64,000 bases of DNA. Source: Phormidesmis sp. GTDB lineage: Bacteria; Cyanobacteriota; Cyanobacteriia; Leptolyngbyales; Leptolyngbyaceae. This document shows, in pieces, positions 51,752 through 62,000 of the stretch (the first letter of the stretch is position 1; each line of letters starts with the position of its first letter). Below the pieces are notes generated by a model. That model was not told the DNA's origin. It did not search any database and saw only the letters and a program-made list of their open reading frames with translations. The position numbers were made by a program, and so were the translations under genes. The stretch lies in assembly GCA_965248535.1 (NCBI GenBank), contig CBDFJR010000002.1, forward strand, positions 2,368,001 to 2,432,000. The letters run 5' to 3'.

Positions 51752-54700
51752 AAACTATCGAATTGATTGGTCAAGTCGCGGCTGACTTTCTCAAGCGATC
51801 GATTCAAACCGATGAAGCCAGCGAAGGGGTTGCACGATTCCTGCTCAATCGTCTAACTGCCCAACAGATCGCGGCAGTCTGCAAAACGATTCTGCAAGAC
51901 TCCGAGCTTTCTCCGCTCATCAAAATTCAAATTCCGCGCGATTTAGTCGAAAGCTACAATTTACCTGAAGAAATTCTCACTGTTGAATCAACCGTTCACT
52001 TACGACATTCAGCGTGCGATCGCCCTGCGCTCCTGCTAGTCAATATTAGTGACGACCAAGCCCAATCCCTAAAGGATATTACTTCAGTCGGCGCTCAAGA
52101 ATTGAGAGGGCAAATTGACTGTTGGATTGACCTAGCCGCGAGGGATTTAGCAATTCCGTCTGAGCAAATCGAGTATTGGCGTAAAGCTCTCAACGGACTG
52201 CAAAAAGTTGGCACCCCTAGCTTAGAAAATTTTGCGGAATTCATTGTTCAGACGCGATCGCGCATTCTTGACCAAAGCCTTCCCGTCGTCGATGCGCTGG
52301 GCTGGGCACTTCCCGCGCTGCGCCTTCCTCGTGATTCTGGTTACTTTCGAGCGATTCCTGAAACCCAGTGGGGACAAACTCAGCGTTGGGAAAACCTATT
52401 TCAGCAAGCCTTCACAAAACGCGCTTGTCTATTGCTAAAGCAAACGCCTAACCGTAAACCGATCGATGAGCAAGAGCTACAAACTGCCTTCGATAAAGTA
52501 AAAGATGATATCCCTGCGATCGCTCATCCCATTATTCAATCATTCATCGCGAGTTCCGCAGGCTGGAATCCTCATGCTGAAAATCTCGCTCAGTTCGAGT
52601 GGGAATCTGAAAATATCAACACACTTTTCTCTGGCTTACAGGCACAGAAAACAGACATTGCTTCTCTCACGCTAGAGTTTTTCAATGATGAGTATCCCGA
52701 TGTTCTGACTGAAGAGGAGTCGCAGTACATCAATGCACTCAAGAAGAAACGTAGTAAGCGTGAGGCACTAGACGAGGATCGGGAGTTCTATGATGCCCAT
52801 CGTCCAGAGCTTGAAGATAATCCTAAACTTAAAGCCAAGTGGGATAAATTCGTCTACGGGCAACCCCTTGAATGCACAGATTTCATGATTGGGTTACTCC
52901 AAGCCTTTGAGCGCCTCTTTAACCAAGCAGAGACGGTTGATGGTGTTAAATCGCTCAAAATCGAGACGCAGAAGAAAGCTGGCAAAAGTAAATGGCTAGA
53001 ACTGAATGCTGATGTGGGTCGATATTTCTGCACCCGCTATCGAGGAATTGAACAACTAACTGCCGCACACATTGAATGGGACACTCACTGGCTATTTAAG
53101 TACGAAACCCTGCTCGAAGAAACTCAGAAAAAGCAGAAGTCGAAATATCGTGAGAATACCTCCGCTGCAAAAACCGCAACAGAAATTAAGTTCTACATAG
53201 AGATGCGGGATAGCGCTAAGACATTAATTGCAAAAACTCAACTCGTTTGGCGCTGTAACCCGAATGCGATCGGGATGGAGTTGAGCAGTGATTTAGCAAG
53301 GCTTCTGAATAAATCTCCCTTTCAGCTTTCAACAGTGGCGCGAGAGCTAGTTAGCAGAAAGGGGCGTTTGCAGGGAATTTCCCTATCTGATGTCGGAACT
53401 TTGATGGCTACATACAGCAAAGATCGCGGTTCCTTAATCGGTAAATATGAAAATAAGGACGATCTCGCCAAGATTCTACCTAAACAACTTAAACAAGCCG
53501 TTGCAGAAGGTCGCCTCTCGAAGGAAGGGGCAGATGCGATCGCAGATGCTTGGAAAGCTTTTACAGATCGATATCGGGCTGCGATCGCAGGGTTTACATC
53601 CGCAGACGGACGAGGCATCGCCAATCCAGAATTGCTACACCAGTGCGAAGCTTACAAGGCGCTGCTCAACACGATCCTCACTCATGTCAAAGGCGATCTC
53701 AATCGCATCAACTTGTACCAACCTGTGTTGCGTTTAGGCTGTATTCAAGTTGAACGCGGTAAACCTGCGGCGATCGTTGCGCCTTGGCATCCTCTGAGAT
53801 TAGCCTCTCTAGCAATCAAGGTTCGTCAACTCGCAGGCTTGCTCCAATACATTATCTCCACCCCAGAAGTGAATTTTGGAGATTCTCGCCTATTCTTTGC
53901 CGACTTACGAAACGAACTCGATCACCCTTACTATCCCGAAGTCTGCGTCGGCTACCAAGGGCAGCAACCCGAACTTCTATCTGTCTCCGATACGCTCAAT
54001 GACTATAGTTTGATGGAGCGCCCGACACGAGACGAAAGCGATCGCACCACTAATGAGAACCCTGCCGAAGCAGCCGATCGATTACTTGGCATCATTCGTC
54101 GCTATGTCGAACTAATGCCCCACGAGAAGGCTAATCTGAGCGTGGTGCTGTACCAAACCGACTCGATTAAACTGCCTCAAGCGATCGTCCATAAACTGAG
54201 CGAAGAACTTCAAGACGATCGTGAGGAAGTTCGCTGTCAGGTTATTCTGCGTCATCGAAATGGACAGAAACTCACTCAACTCTACGAGCAAATGCTAGAG
54301 AGTTCTGATGCTGACCCAGATGCGTTTATTGCTAGCGAAGTTTCTCAAGACTTTATGGCAAGACTTCGCATTTCAGTCATGTCTCATGATGTCCCGACCA
54401 CTAACCCTAGAGAAGGCAAGTTTGCTGACATCGTGTTTCTACAAGATGCAATTTCCCGGCAAGCGAAAGTTGTCTGGCAACCGTCTCCTTTCGATAGCGC
54501 CGCAGCCGATCTTCTAATTCACTCCCCTGCGCGTTGGTCGCGTAAGCGCCCTTCTGCGACAGATGAACTCAAGTCCACAGTTTACCTTACCTGCCCTAAG
54601 CAACCCGTAGTCGGACAGATCTACCTCGACCTCGTGTACAGCATTATTGAGGGCGAAGACTGCTCTCCTGAGCAACACTTTCTACCTGCTCGTCAGATTT

Positions 54701-57078
54701 CTTTTCAAGACGAAACCACAAAGACAACCTTTGATGAAAGTCATCGTTTAGGAGAATGGGTCGTCAACTACGATGATCTCTTAGAAAGGAGACAACTGGT
54801 TAATCAAGGCGTAAAGGTCATTCGCTACCAGCAGCATCGTACCGACGAACGCAATTTCTTAGTCTCTTCAGATGCGTCATTGAATGTTCTCAAAGTGCTA
54901 GTAAGGAAGCGACTCGGTGATCTCAATCTGGCACTGGAAAGTGATCGCATTGATAAACTTGTAGAGCGCTTGATTAACGATGCCAATGCAGTTTCTGGTG
55001 ACATTGTGTTGCGAGCTGCGAAATGCGGCAGATTTGCGAGTGAACTGATGGGCGTTGTTCTTAGCAAGGCACTCATTACAGCAGAAATGGGAGCGCAAAA
55101 TCCCATCGGCTGGTACTTCCTGGATGACTATGCCTCCTGGCTCGGACAGAAAGAGGGGCAAATTGCTGACATGATGGCAATTTCACCGCAGTACATTGAT
55201 GATGAGCCTGTTCTCAAAGTCATTGTTTCAGAAGCAAAATATGTTGATGTCGCTGGCTTAGCCGATGCCCGCAAGACTTCTCAGAATCAATTAAGGCAGA
55301 CGGTCGATCGTATTGCCGATGCTCTGTTCATTAGTCCTGGTCGCCTCGATCGCGATCTTTGGCTTTCTCGTCTCAGCGATCTTCTCATTGATGGCATTGA
55401 GTTTAGCTCCAACAATAAAGTGAATATTGAGCAGTGGCGTGAACAGATTCGCTCAGGGACTCTTCGCATCGATTTATCTGGCTATTCACACGTTTTCGTC
55501 ACGGGCACGAATGATAGCAATGCTGAAGGAGAACGATCGCCCATTCCCAAAGTGCAGCGATGTTTTCAAGAAGTCTTCGATCGTGAATCTGTTCGCAAGC
55601 TGGTTCTGGCTTACGAGTCGGGACAGTCGTTGTTTCCCACACGAGAGCAAATCGGCGATGACAAGCCGTGGACAGTGACTCAAGCCTTGCCACCTGCAGA
55701 TCGAGTCACCTGGGTATTAGAGATTGAGAAAGTAGAAGCCGTAAATGCTACTCCCTTAGTAGCGGATGTTACTCCATTAGTAGGAAAGGAAGATAACCAG
55801 ACAGAGAACCCTGACCAGCTAGTTCAGCTAACCCTTCCTGATGAGCCACTCCAACCTACACCCGCCGATTCTTCTATCGTTTCAAATGTTCAGGCTCTCC
55901 ATAGTTGGGCAAGTCCGGCACTTGTTGCGTGGTGGCAGCAAGGACAAGCACAAAGCAATCAGAGTGATGCAGCAGCAGAAAAATGGCTAGAAGAAACTGC
56001 CGGAAAATTGCGGACGGCATTACTGGGATACAGCCTACAAGCCAAAATTGAAGGCAAGCGATTGACTCCCAATGCGGCGATCGTGCGATTCAAAGGTTCT
56101 GATCATCTGAAGCTAGAGGACATTGAGAAGAAGCGATCGCAACTCTTAACCACTCATTCCCTAAACGTAATCAGCCTCTATGGTCAGCCAGGTGAAATTG
56201 TGGTTTCGGTTGCCCGTCCTCAGCGCCAAACCATCTCTCTACGTGAGGTGTGGGAGAAACGAAAAGTCAATCGCTCTTCTTCAGGAATTAACCTCAGTTT
56301 TGTCCTTGGAGTCAAAGAAATCGATGGCGAACTGCTCTACCTCAACCTAGATAGTAGCTTCGAGAATCTGGAGCAACACGCTCCTCACACCTTAATTGCT
56401 GGAGCAACGGGAAGCGGAAAATCAGTTCTGCTACAAAATCTCCTGCTCGATATTTGTGCAACCAACTCGCCTAAACTCGCCCAGATCTACCTCATTGATC
56501 CCAAGATGGGTGTCGATTATGCCAATATTAGCGACCTTCCTCATCTCAAAGAAGGCATCATTATCGAGCAAGAACGCGCGATCGAGATTCTGGAATTTCT
56601 AGTCGAAGAAATGGACAATCGGTACCGTAAATTCCTTCCTCAGAAAGCAAAATCTTTGCAGGATTACAATTCCAAAATGCCTGAGCAGGATCGACTCCCG
56701 GTACTTTGGCTTGTTCACGATGAGTTTGCCGAGTGGATGCTGATCGATGAGTACAAAACGGCTGTATCTGCTGCTGTACAGAGATTAGGTGTGAAAGCGA
56801 GAGCCGCAGGAATTCATCTCATTTTTGCCGCACAGCGTCCTGATGCCAATGTGCTTCCAGTGCAGCTTAGAGATAATTTAGGCAATCGACTAATCCTAAG
56901 AGTCGAAAGTGTCGGCACTTCAGAAATCTCACTCGGACAAAAGGGTGCAGAGAACCTCTTGGGTAAAGGACATTTAGCGGCTCGTTTAACAAACCAATCC
57001 GATCTGATTTACGCTCAAGTTCCCTTCCTTGGGGATGAAGACATGGCTACAGTCGCAGAAATTATCAAACAGCAGTGA
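51748..57078 (+). CDS. Large FtsK/SpoIIIE-domain protein, SspH/DptH-like
   Basis: PHTLIAGATGSGKS, LIDPK, VHDEFA, ARAAGIHLIFAAQRP; nuclease-like ADMMAI..SEAKY; PT-cluster context. Confidence 0.8.
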   Translation: MKTIELIGQVAADFLKRSIQTDEASEGVARFLLNRLTAQQIAAVCKTILQDSELSPLIKIQIPRDLVESYNLPEEILTVESTVHLRHSACDRPALLLVNISDDQAQSLKDITSVGAQELRGQIDCWIDLAARDLAIPSEQIEYWRKALNGLQKVGTPSLENFAEFIVQTRSRILDQSLPVVDALGWALPALRLPRDSGYFRAIPETQWGQTQRWENLFQQAFTKRACLLLKQTPNRKPIDEQELQTAFDKVKDDIPAIAHPIIQSFIASSAGWNPHAENLAQFEWESENINTLFSGLQAQKTDIASLTLEFFNDEYPDVLTEEESQYINALKKKRSKREALDEDREFYDAHRPELEDNPKLKAKWDKFVYGQPLECTDFMIGLLQAFERLFNQAETVDGVKSLKIETQKKAGKSKWLELNADVGRYFCTRYRGIEQLTAAHIEWDTHWLFKYETLLEETQKKQKSKYRENTSAAKTATEIKFYIEMRDSAKTLIAKTQLVWRCNPNAIGMELSSDLARLLNKSPFQLSTVARELVSRKGRLQGISLSDVGTLMATYSKDRGSLIGKYENKDDLAKILPKQLKQAVAEGRLSKEGADAIADAWKAFTDRYRAAIAGFTSADGRGIANPELLHQCEAYKALLNTILTHVKGDLNRINLYQPVLRLGCIQVERGKPAAIVAPWHPLRLASLAIKVRQLAGLLQYIISTPEVNFGDSRLFFADLRNELDHPYYPEVCVGYQGQQPELLSVSDTLNDYSLMERPTRDESDRTTNENPAEAADRLLGIIRRYVELMPHEKANLSVVLYQTDSIKLPQAIVHKLSEELQDDREEVRCQVILRHRNGQKLTQLYEQMLESSDADPDAFIASEVSQDFMARLRISVMSHDVPTTNPREGKFADIVFLQDAISRQAKVVWQPSPFDSAAADLLIHSPARWSRKRPSATDELKSTVYLTCPKQPVVGQIYLDLVYSIIEGEDCSPEQHFLPARQISFQDETTKTTFDESHRLGEWVVNYDDLLERRQLVNQGVKVIRYQQHRTDERNFLVSSDASLNVLKVLVRKRLGDLNLALESDRIDKLVERLINDANAVSGDIVLRAAKCGRFASELMGVVLSKALITAEMGAQNPIGWYFLDDYASWLGQKEGQIADMMAISPQYIDDEPVLKVIVSEAKYVDVAGLADARKTSQNQLRQTVDRIADALFISPGRLDRDLWLSRLSDLLIDGIEFSSNNKVNIEQWREQIRSGTLRIDLSGYSHVFVTGTNDSNAEGERSPIPKVQRCFQEVFDRESVRKLVLAYESGQSLFPTREQIGDDKPWTVTQALPPADRVTWVLEIEKVEAVNATPLVADVTPLVGKEDNQTENPDQLVQLTLPDEPLQPTPADSSIVSNVQALHSWASPALVAWWQQGQAQSNQSDAAAEKWLEETAGKLRTALLGYSLQAKIEGKRLTPNAAIVRFKGSDHLKLEDIEKKRSQLLTTHSLNVISLYGQPGEIVVSVARPQRQTISLREVWEKRKVNRSSSGINLSFVLGVKEIDGELLYLNLDSSFENLEQHAPHTLIAGATGSGKSVLLQNLLLDICATNSPKLAQIYLIDPKMGVDYANISDLPHLKEGIIIEQERAIEILEFLVEEMDNRYRKFLPQKAKSLQDYNSKMPEQDRLPVLWLVHDEFAEWMLIDEYKTAVSAAVQRLGVKARAAGIHLIFAAQRPDANVLPVQLRDNLGNRLILRVESVGTSEISLGQKGAENLLGKGHLAARLTNQSDLIYAQVPFLGDEDMATVAEIIKQQ

Positions 57079-57085
57079 GTCAACC

Positions 57086-58279
57086 ATGCCCCACAGCAAG
57101 TTAGAGAATAATTCACCTCAAAAGCCCATCTATCTGGACTATCACGCGACTACGCCGACCGATCCGCGAGTTGCAAGTTTGATGCTGCACTACATGACTG
57201 AGGAATTTGGCAATGCTAGCAGCACCGATCATGAATATGGCGATCGCGCTGAAGCTGCCATTAAACAAGCCGCCAAAAACGTTGCCGATTTAGTCGGAGC
57301 TTCACCACGAGAAATCATCTGGACATCAGGCGCAACTGAAAGCATAAATCTTGCCATCCAAGGCAGTCTTTCTCCCAATCCGCAAAAGCCGCATCGAATC
57401 GCTCTGCCTCCGATCGAACATAAAGCCGTTCTCGACACCTGCCATGCTCTTGAAAAGCGCGGTTGGGCAGAGCTAATTTATTTGCGAGTCGATTCTAAAG
57501 GTAAGCTCGACCTCGACCATTTAGAGCAAGTTTGTGCTGAGGGAGTGTCTTTACTCTGCGTCATGGCTGCAAATAACGAGATTGGTAACATCTACCCAAT
57601 TCAGGCGATCGGGCGAATTGCTCAACGTCACAATATTCCGTTTCTTTGCGATGCCTCCCAAGCCGTTGGTAAGATTCCAATTCAGTTTGAGGAGTGGGGC
57701 ATTACTTATCTCGCAATCTCTGGGCATAAGCTTTACGCTCCTAAAGGAGTTGGGGCGATCGTTGTGCGTAAAGGACATCATTTAGAGCCAATGATGTTTG
57801 GGGGCGGGCATCAGAAGGGAATGCGATCGGGGACGCTCAACGTTCCAGGAATTGTGGGATTGGGAGAGGCTTGTCGGCTGCGATCGCTAGAAATGGAAGC
57901 CGATGAACGTGCGATCGCGACCCAGCGTGACAGGCTCCAAGCTTTACTTCTAGAGAAGTTCTCCAATCTAGTCATCAATGGGGATGTAGAACACCGTTTA
58001 GCGGGCAATCTTCATCTTTCAATTCCTGGAATTCCTAACAGTGCCGTCATCGCTAGAATTCGTCACCAGTTGGCAATTTCAACGGGTTCGGCTTGTTCAT
58101 CAGGCATCGAGTCGCCTTCTCATGTGCTTCAAGCCTTACGCTTGCCAGAGGATATCGTCGAAGGCGCGTTCCGAATTGGACTCGGAAAATTTACGACGGA
58201 TGATCAGGTTAACAAAGCATTTGAAGTTCTCTCTGATGCAATTACTCAGGTTCAGCAGGTTCTCTGTGCGATTTCTTAA
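57086..58279 (+). CDS. Cysteine desulfurase (IscS/DndA/SspA-like)
   Basis: IYLDYHATTP, SGATES, SGHK (PLP lysine), STGSACSSG. Confidence 0.93.
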   Translation: MPHSKLENNSPQKPIYLDYHATTPTDPRVASLMLHYMTEEFGNASSTDHEYGDRAEAAIKQAAKNVADLVGASPREIIWTSGATESINLAIQGSLSPNPQKPHRIALPPIEHKAVLDTCHALEKRGWAELIYLRVDSKGKLDLDHLEQVCAEGVSLLCVMAANNEIGNIYPIQAIGRIAQRHNIPFLCDASQAVGKIPIQFEEWGITYLAISGHKLYAPKGVGAIVVRKGHHLEPMMFGGGHQKGMRSGTLNVPGIVGLGEACRLRSLEMEADERAIATQRDRLQALLLEKFSNLVINGDVEHRLAGNLHLSIPGIPNSAVIARIRHQLAISTGSACSSGIESPSHVLQALRLPEDIVEGAFRIGLGKFTTDDQVNKAFEVLSDAITQVQQVLCAIS

Positions 58280-58362
58280 AGTCGGGGCGTTTACCCTTCG
58301 GGAACTTGCAAAGCAAACCGCACCCGTCAGACATCCTGTAATCAGGGAATAAGTTACTCTTG

Positions 58363-58809
58363 TCAAGGCGAAGATAAGATCTCGTCCAAAAGCATGAGAG
58401 GTAAATTAGGAACGTTGCGGAAGGCACGATCGTTGCTCAGGAAAACTGTACAGTTCGCACTTAAAGCAGTAGCTGCATGAATGGCATCAGGCGTTTTCAG
58501 ATTGGTGGTCGCTCGCAGATTAGCGGCATCCCGTAAAATAGAACGCTGAATCGGAATCAGTTGAATGTCTGAGTTTTCCAGTAGCTGTTCGTAGTCGTTC
58601 GCAAGGACTGTATTTGTCTGTCTCAGAGGGAAGACGAGCGTTTCCATGAGAGTTAATTCACTGGTTACGATCTCAAGTTCGCTTGCCTGAAATTTTGCCC
58701 AGAGAGGTTGAAGCAGGTCAAAATAGGTTGGATTCGCTTCGACGGTGTAAATAATGATCTGAGTGTCGATATAAATACTGGCAGCAGTAGGTAGTGCTAG
58801 CGGTCCCAT
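58363..58809 (-). CDS. vapC: VapC/PIN toxin
   Basis: IYIDTQIIIY, LKTPDAIHAATA, FLSND. Confidence 0.9.
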   Translation of the reverse strand: MGPLALPTAASIYIDTQIIIYTVEANPTYFDLLQPLWAKFQASELEIVTSELTLMETLVFPLRQTNTVLANDYEQLLENSDIQLIPIQRSILRDAANLRATTNLKTPDAIHAATALSANCTVFLSNDRAFRNVPNLPLMLLDEILSSP

Positions 58810-59036
58810 GAATTTCTTTCAGCAGCAAGGTCACGATCGAGGTCTTCTGTGGAGCGGTAAGGATGGCGACTGCGGATGTCTTCAAGGAGTTTCAGAACAT
58901 TGCGCCGTCCAGTGGGAATGGTTTGAGGTAGCACGACGATGACTTCAACGTCTTCGCCAACAGAACCTTCAGGAACTTCAATTTCAATTTTGTTTCCTGG
59001 CAAAACTTTAGTCATAATCCGAACGGTTTCTTGCAT
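58797..59036 (-). CDS. Putative antitoxin
   Basis: 79 aa, overlaps the PIN gene, ends ERNSWDR; AAGGA RBS. Confidence 0.8.
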   Translation of the reverse strand: MQETVRIMTKVLPGNKIEIEVPEGSVGEDVEVIVVLPQTIPTGRRNVLKLLEDIRSRHPYRSTEDLDRDLAAERNSWDR

Positions 59037-59072
59037 CGTGATTTTCCTTTAAGGGTTCTTCATTTTACGGTT

Positions 59073-62000
59073 TTAATCCTCGATCGCGCCTAATGCTTTG
59101 AGAGTTGCTATTTCTGATTCTGTTAAGCCTTTTACTTCAGTAATATTCATACCTTCGTAAGGACGGTTAGCGAATGTTTTCAAGCATTTTCCAGTCTTCA
59201 CATCCCAGAAGCGGACATCTGAACCACCGCTTATGATTTGCTGACCATCAGGACTGAAAGATACTGAAAAAGCGTGATGAGTGCTACCACAAATATCTTG
59301 AAGAAATTCCCCCGTCCTAGCGTTCCATAATTTGATAATTCCGTCACTACTACCACTAGCTAATAATTGCCCGTCAGGGCTAAAGCAAACAGATTCTATC
59401 CACCCAGAATGACCATAGAGTGCCTTGACCAACTCACCTGTAACAGGATTCCATAGCCTGACGCTTAGGTCATCACCTCCACTAGCTATTATTTCTCCAT
59501 CAGGGCTAAAAGAAACAGATTGAACCCAATCTGTATGCCCCTCCAGAGTCTGTAGACATTGCCCAGCAAGATTCCAGATTTTGATTGTCCGATCGGCGCT
59601 ACTACTCAATATCAACTGACCATTAGGACTAAAACACACTGATAAAACCTTGTCAGTGTGCCCTTCTAGGATACTTAAACATTGCTGGCTTTGGAAGTCC
59701 CATACTCTGAGTGTGTCATCACTACTAGAACTCACGATGAGTGCATCGTCAGGACTAAATGCAAGGCTGTGAATTCGACTAGAATGTCCTCCTAAAGTAC
59801 CAAGATAATGACCACTATGCACATCCCATAATTTAATTACTCTGTCTCCTCCTGCACTAGCAATCACATTAGAATTGTTATTGAATTCGGCACAGCCAAT
59901 CCAACTTGTATGCCCTTTCAACGTATACAAGACTTTTTGAGTAGCGCGTTCCAGAATTTGTACTTCTCCATCATTAGAGCCAATGGCAAGAAAGTGCCCA
60001 TCAGGACTACTCGTGACTCTTATCAAAGACATGAATCCTCGAATGGTCTGAGAGCTAATGCCATGTTCAACATCCCAGACTTTGATAGACTGATCTCGAC
60101 CTCCACTAACGAGTGTGGAGCCATCTGAATTAAACACGACTGAGTAAACATAATCTGTATGCTCATTCAAAGTTTTCAGGCATTGTCCATCTAGAGACCA
60201 GAGTTTGATGGTCTTGTCTTGACTGCAACTAGCTAATGTTGTGCCATCTTGACTGAATGTTACTTTATTGACACGCCCCAAATGCCCGCTAATTGTCATC
60301 AAATGAGAGCCAGTTTCGGAGTTCCATAGCTTGACTGTTTTATCACGCCCACAACTTGCAAGAATCTGTTCTTTGGGACTAAACTCTACACCCAAAACCT
60401 TATCAGTATGCCCTTCAAGAGAAAATAGCAATCTACCAGTCTCAACGTCCCAGAGTTTGATAGTTTGATCGTCACTACAACTAGCTAACTTTTTACCATC
60501 TTGGCTAAAAGAGACTTCACGAACTCTACTACGCCCACTCAACACAAAAACACAGGTTTTGTGTTGGATATCCCATAATCGAACAGTGCCGTCACTTCCG
60601 CCGCTTGCAAGAAATCTACCATTAGGATGAAATTTAACACTATGGACTCTGCCACTGTGTTCTTCAAAAGAGCAGGCACACTCACCCGTTTGAACATCCC
60701 AAAGTTTAACTGTTGCGTCATGGCTGGCAGTTGCTAGAAATTGATTTGAAGGAGAAAAAGCAACTGAAGCAACAAGATTAAAATGAGAGAAATTGATGAT
60801 TTCTTTTGATGTTCGGAGATGAAAAATACGAACCATGCCGCTGTATCCACCTGCCGCTAAGAGGTTATCATCTGAACTCAACGCAACAGAAGTTGTCCTT
60901 CCTACTAAATTAGCTAGCTTTGACTCTGCTAAATTAGCTCCTGAAAAATTTGTCTGATGTAAGATGGCAAGTGAAAGGTCAGCGCCTTGAATATTAATTT
61001 GCTGCAAATCTCGGCATTTCAGCGCATTCTTATCCAACTGCATTATCACAGTAACTGCATTTCCTCCAGTGAATCTAGTTTTTTCGGGACTTTCGTTTCT
61101 TGTGCAGTAAATGAGTTCTATCAAACTGTCAGTAGTTGCGGAAGAAAGCATTGGTACTAACAAATCTACAATTGCTTTGGATAAAGGTACTTTCCCAAAA
61201 CTTAAACCCAAAATCTCCAAATTTTCTTGCCCCAGCTTTTTCAGTTGTCCAATGCAATTGCTTTGTTGTGCAAAGCATTCTGACCAAGTAGATTGTTGTG
61301 ATAGAGTGCTGTAATCCAAGTTGAAATCTGTTTGTATCAATTCAAGAAAATCAGGCGCTAGTAAACCAAGCTCCGCTGCAAATTTATAGGCAACAAAAAA
61401 CTCTAACAGCGATCGATGTGCCGGACTATAATCACCGTCAGCATTCCGAATCAGCATCGTTTGCCCCATCATGTCGTAGTGCCAATGGTCAAGGTCTTTC
61501 TCTTCTTGCACCGCAGATCCAAACAAGCGACGAATGCGATCGGGGAACTCGCGATAGTTCAAACTCATGCGATCGCTCGACAACATCTCCCACGACAACT
61601 CGCACAGAAAATACAGCTTATCGGCTAACGAGGTAAACGTGCGCTCTGCCTTGATATCCCGCTCCATCTTGCGTCGAACCGCATAGAGATACACCCGCGA
61701 CATATCTATAGGCTTTCCCGCCTCAATCTCTGGCAACGCTTCCAAAATCAACTCTGTCATCACCGGACGACGAGCGAGATCGAGTAATTGTGGATTGCTA
61801 ATCACTTGGTCCACTGTTGGCATCGATGCTTGAAATGACATCACCTGCCGAATTTGCTCATCGTTAAACTTTTCTAGCTCCAAGACTTCAAACTGTGGAG
61901 TTTCTCCGGTTAAGTTCGAGGTGGAGGCTTGCAGTTGAGCATTTAATAACGCTCGTCCTTCTCGCGCATCGGGAAAATGCTCCGTCCGACAGGTCAAGAT

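Noticed and set aside
57029..58279. Housekeeping iscS/nifS
   Set aside because: No isc/suf/nif neighbours; it follows the SspH-like gene. The 57029 start overlaps that gene, so 57086 is preferred.
58280..58335. Terminator or REP-like element between convergent genes
   Set aside because: The stem is imperfect, there is no clear U-tract, and it occurs once.
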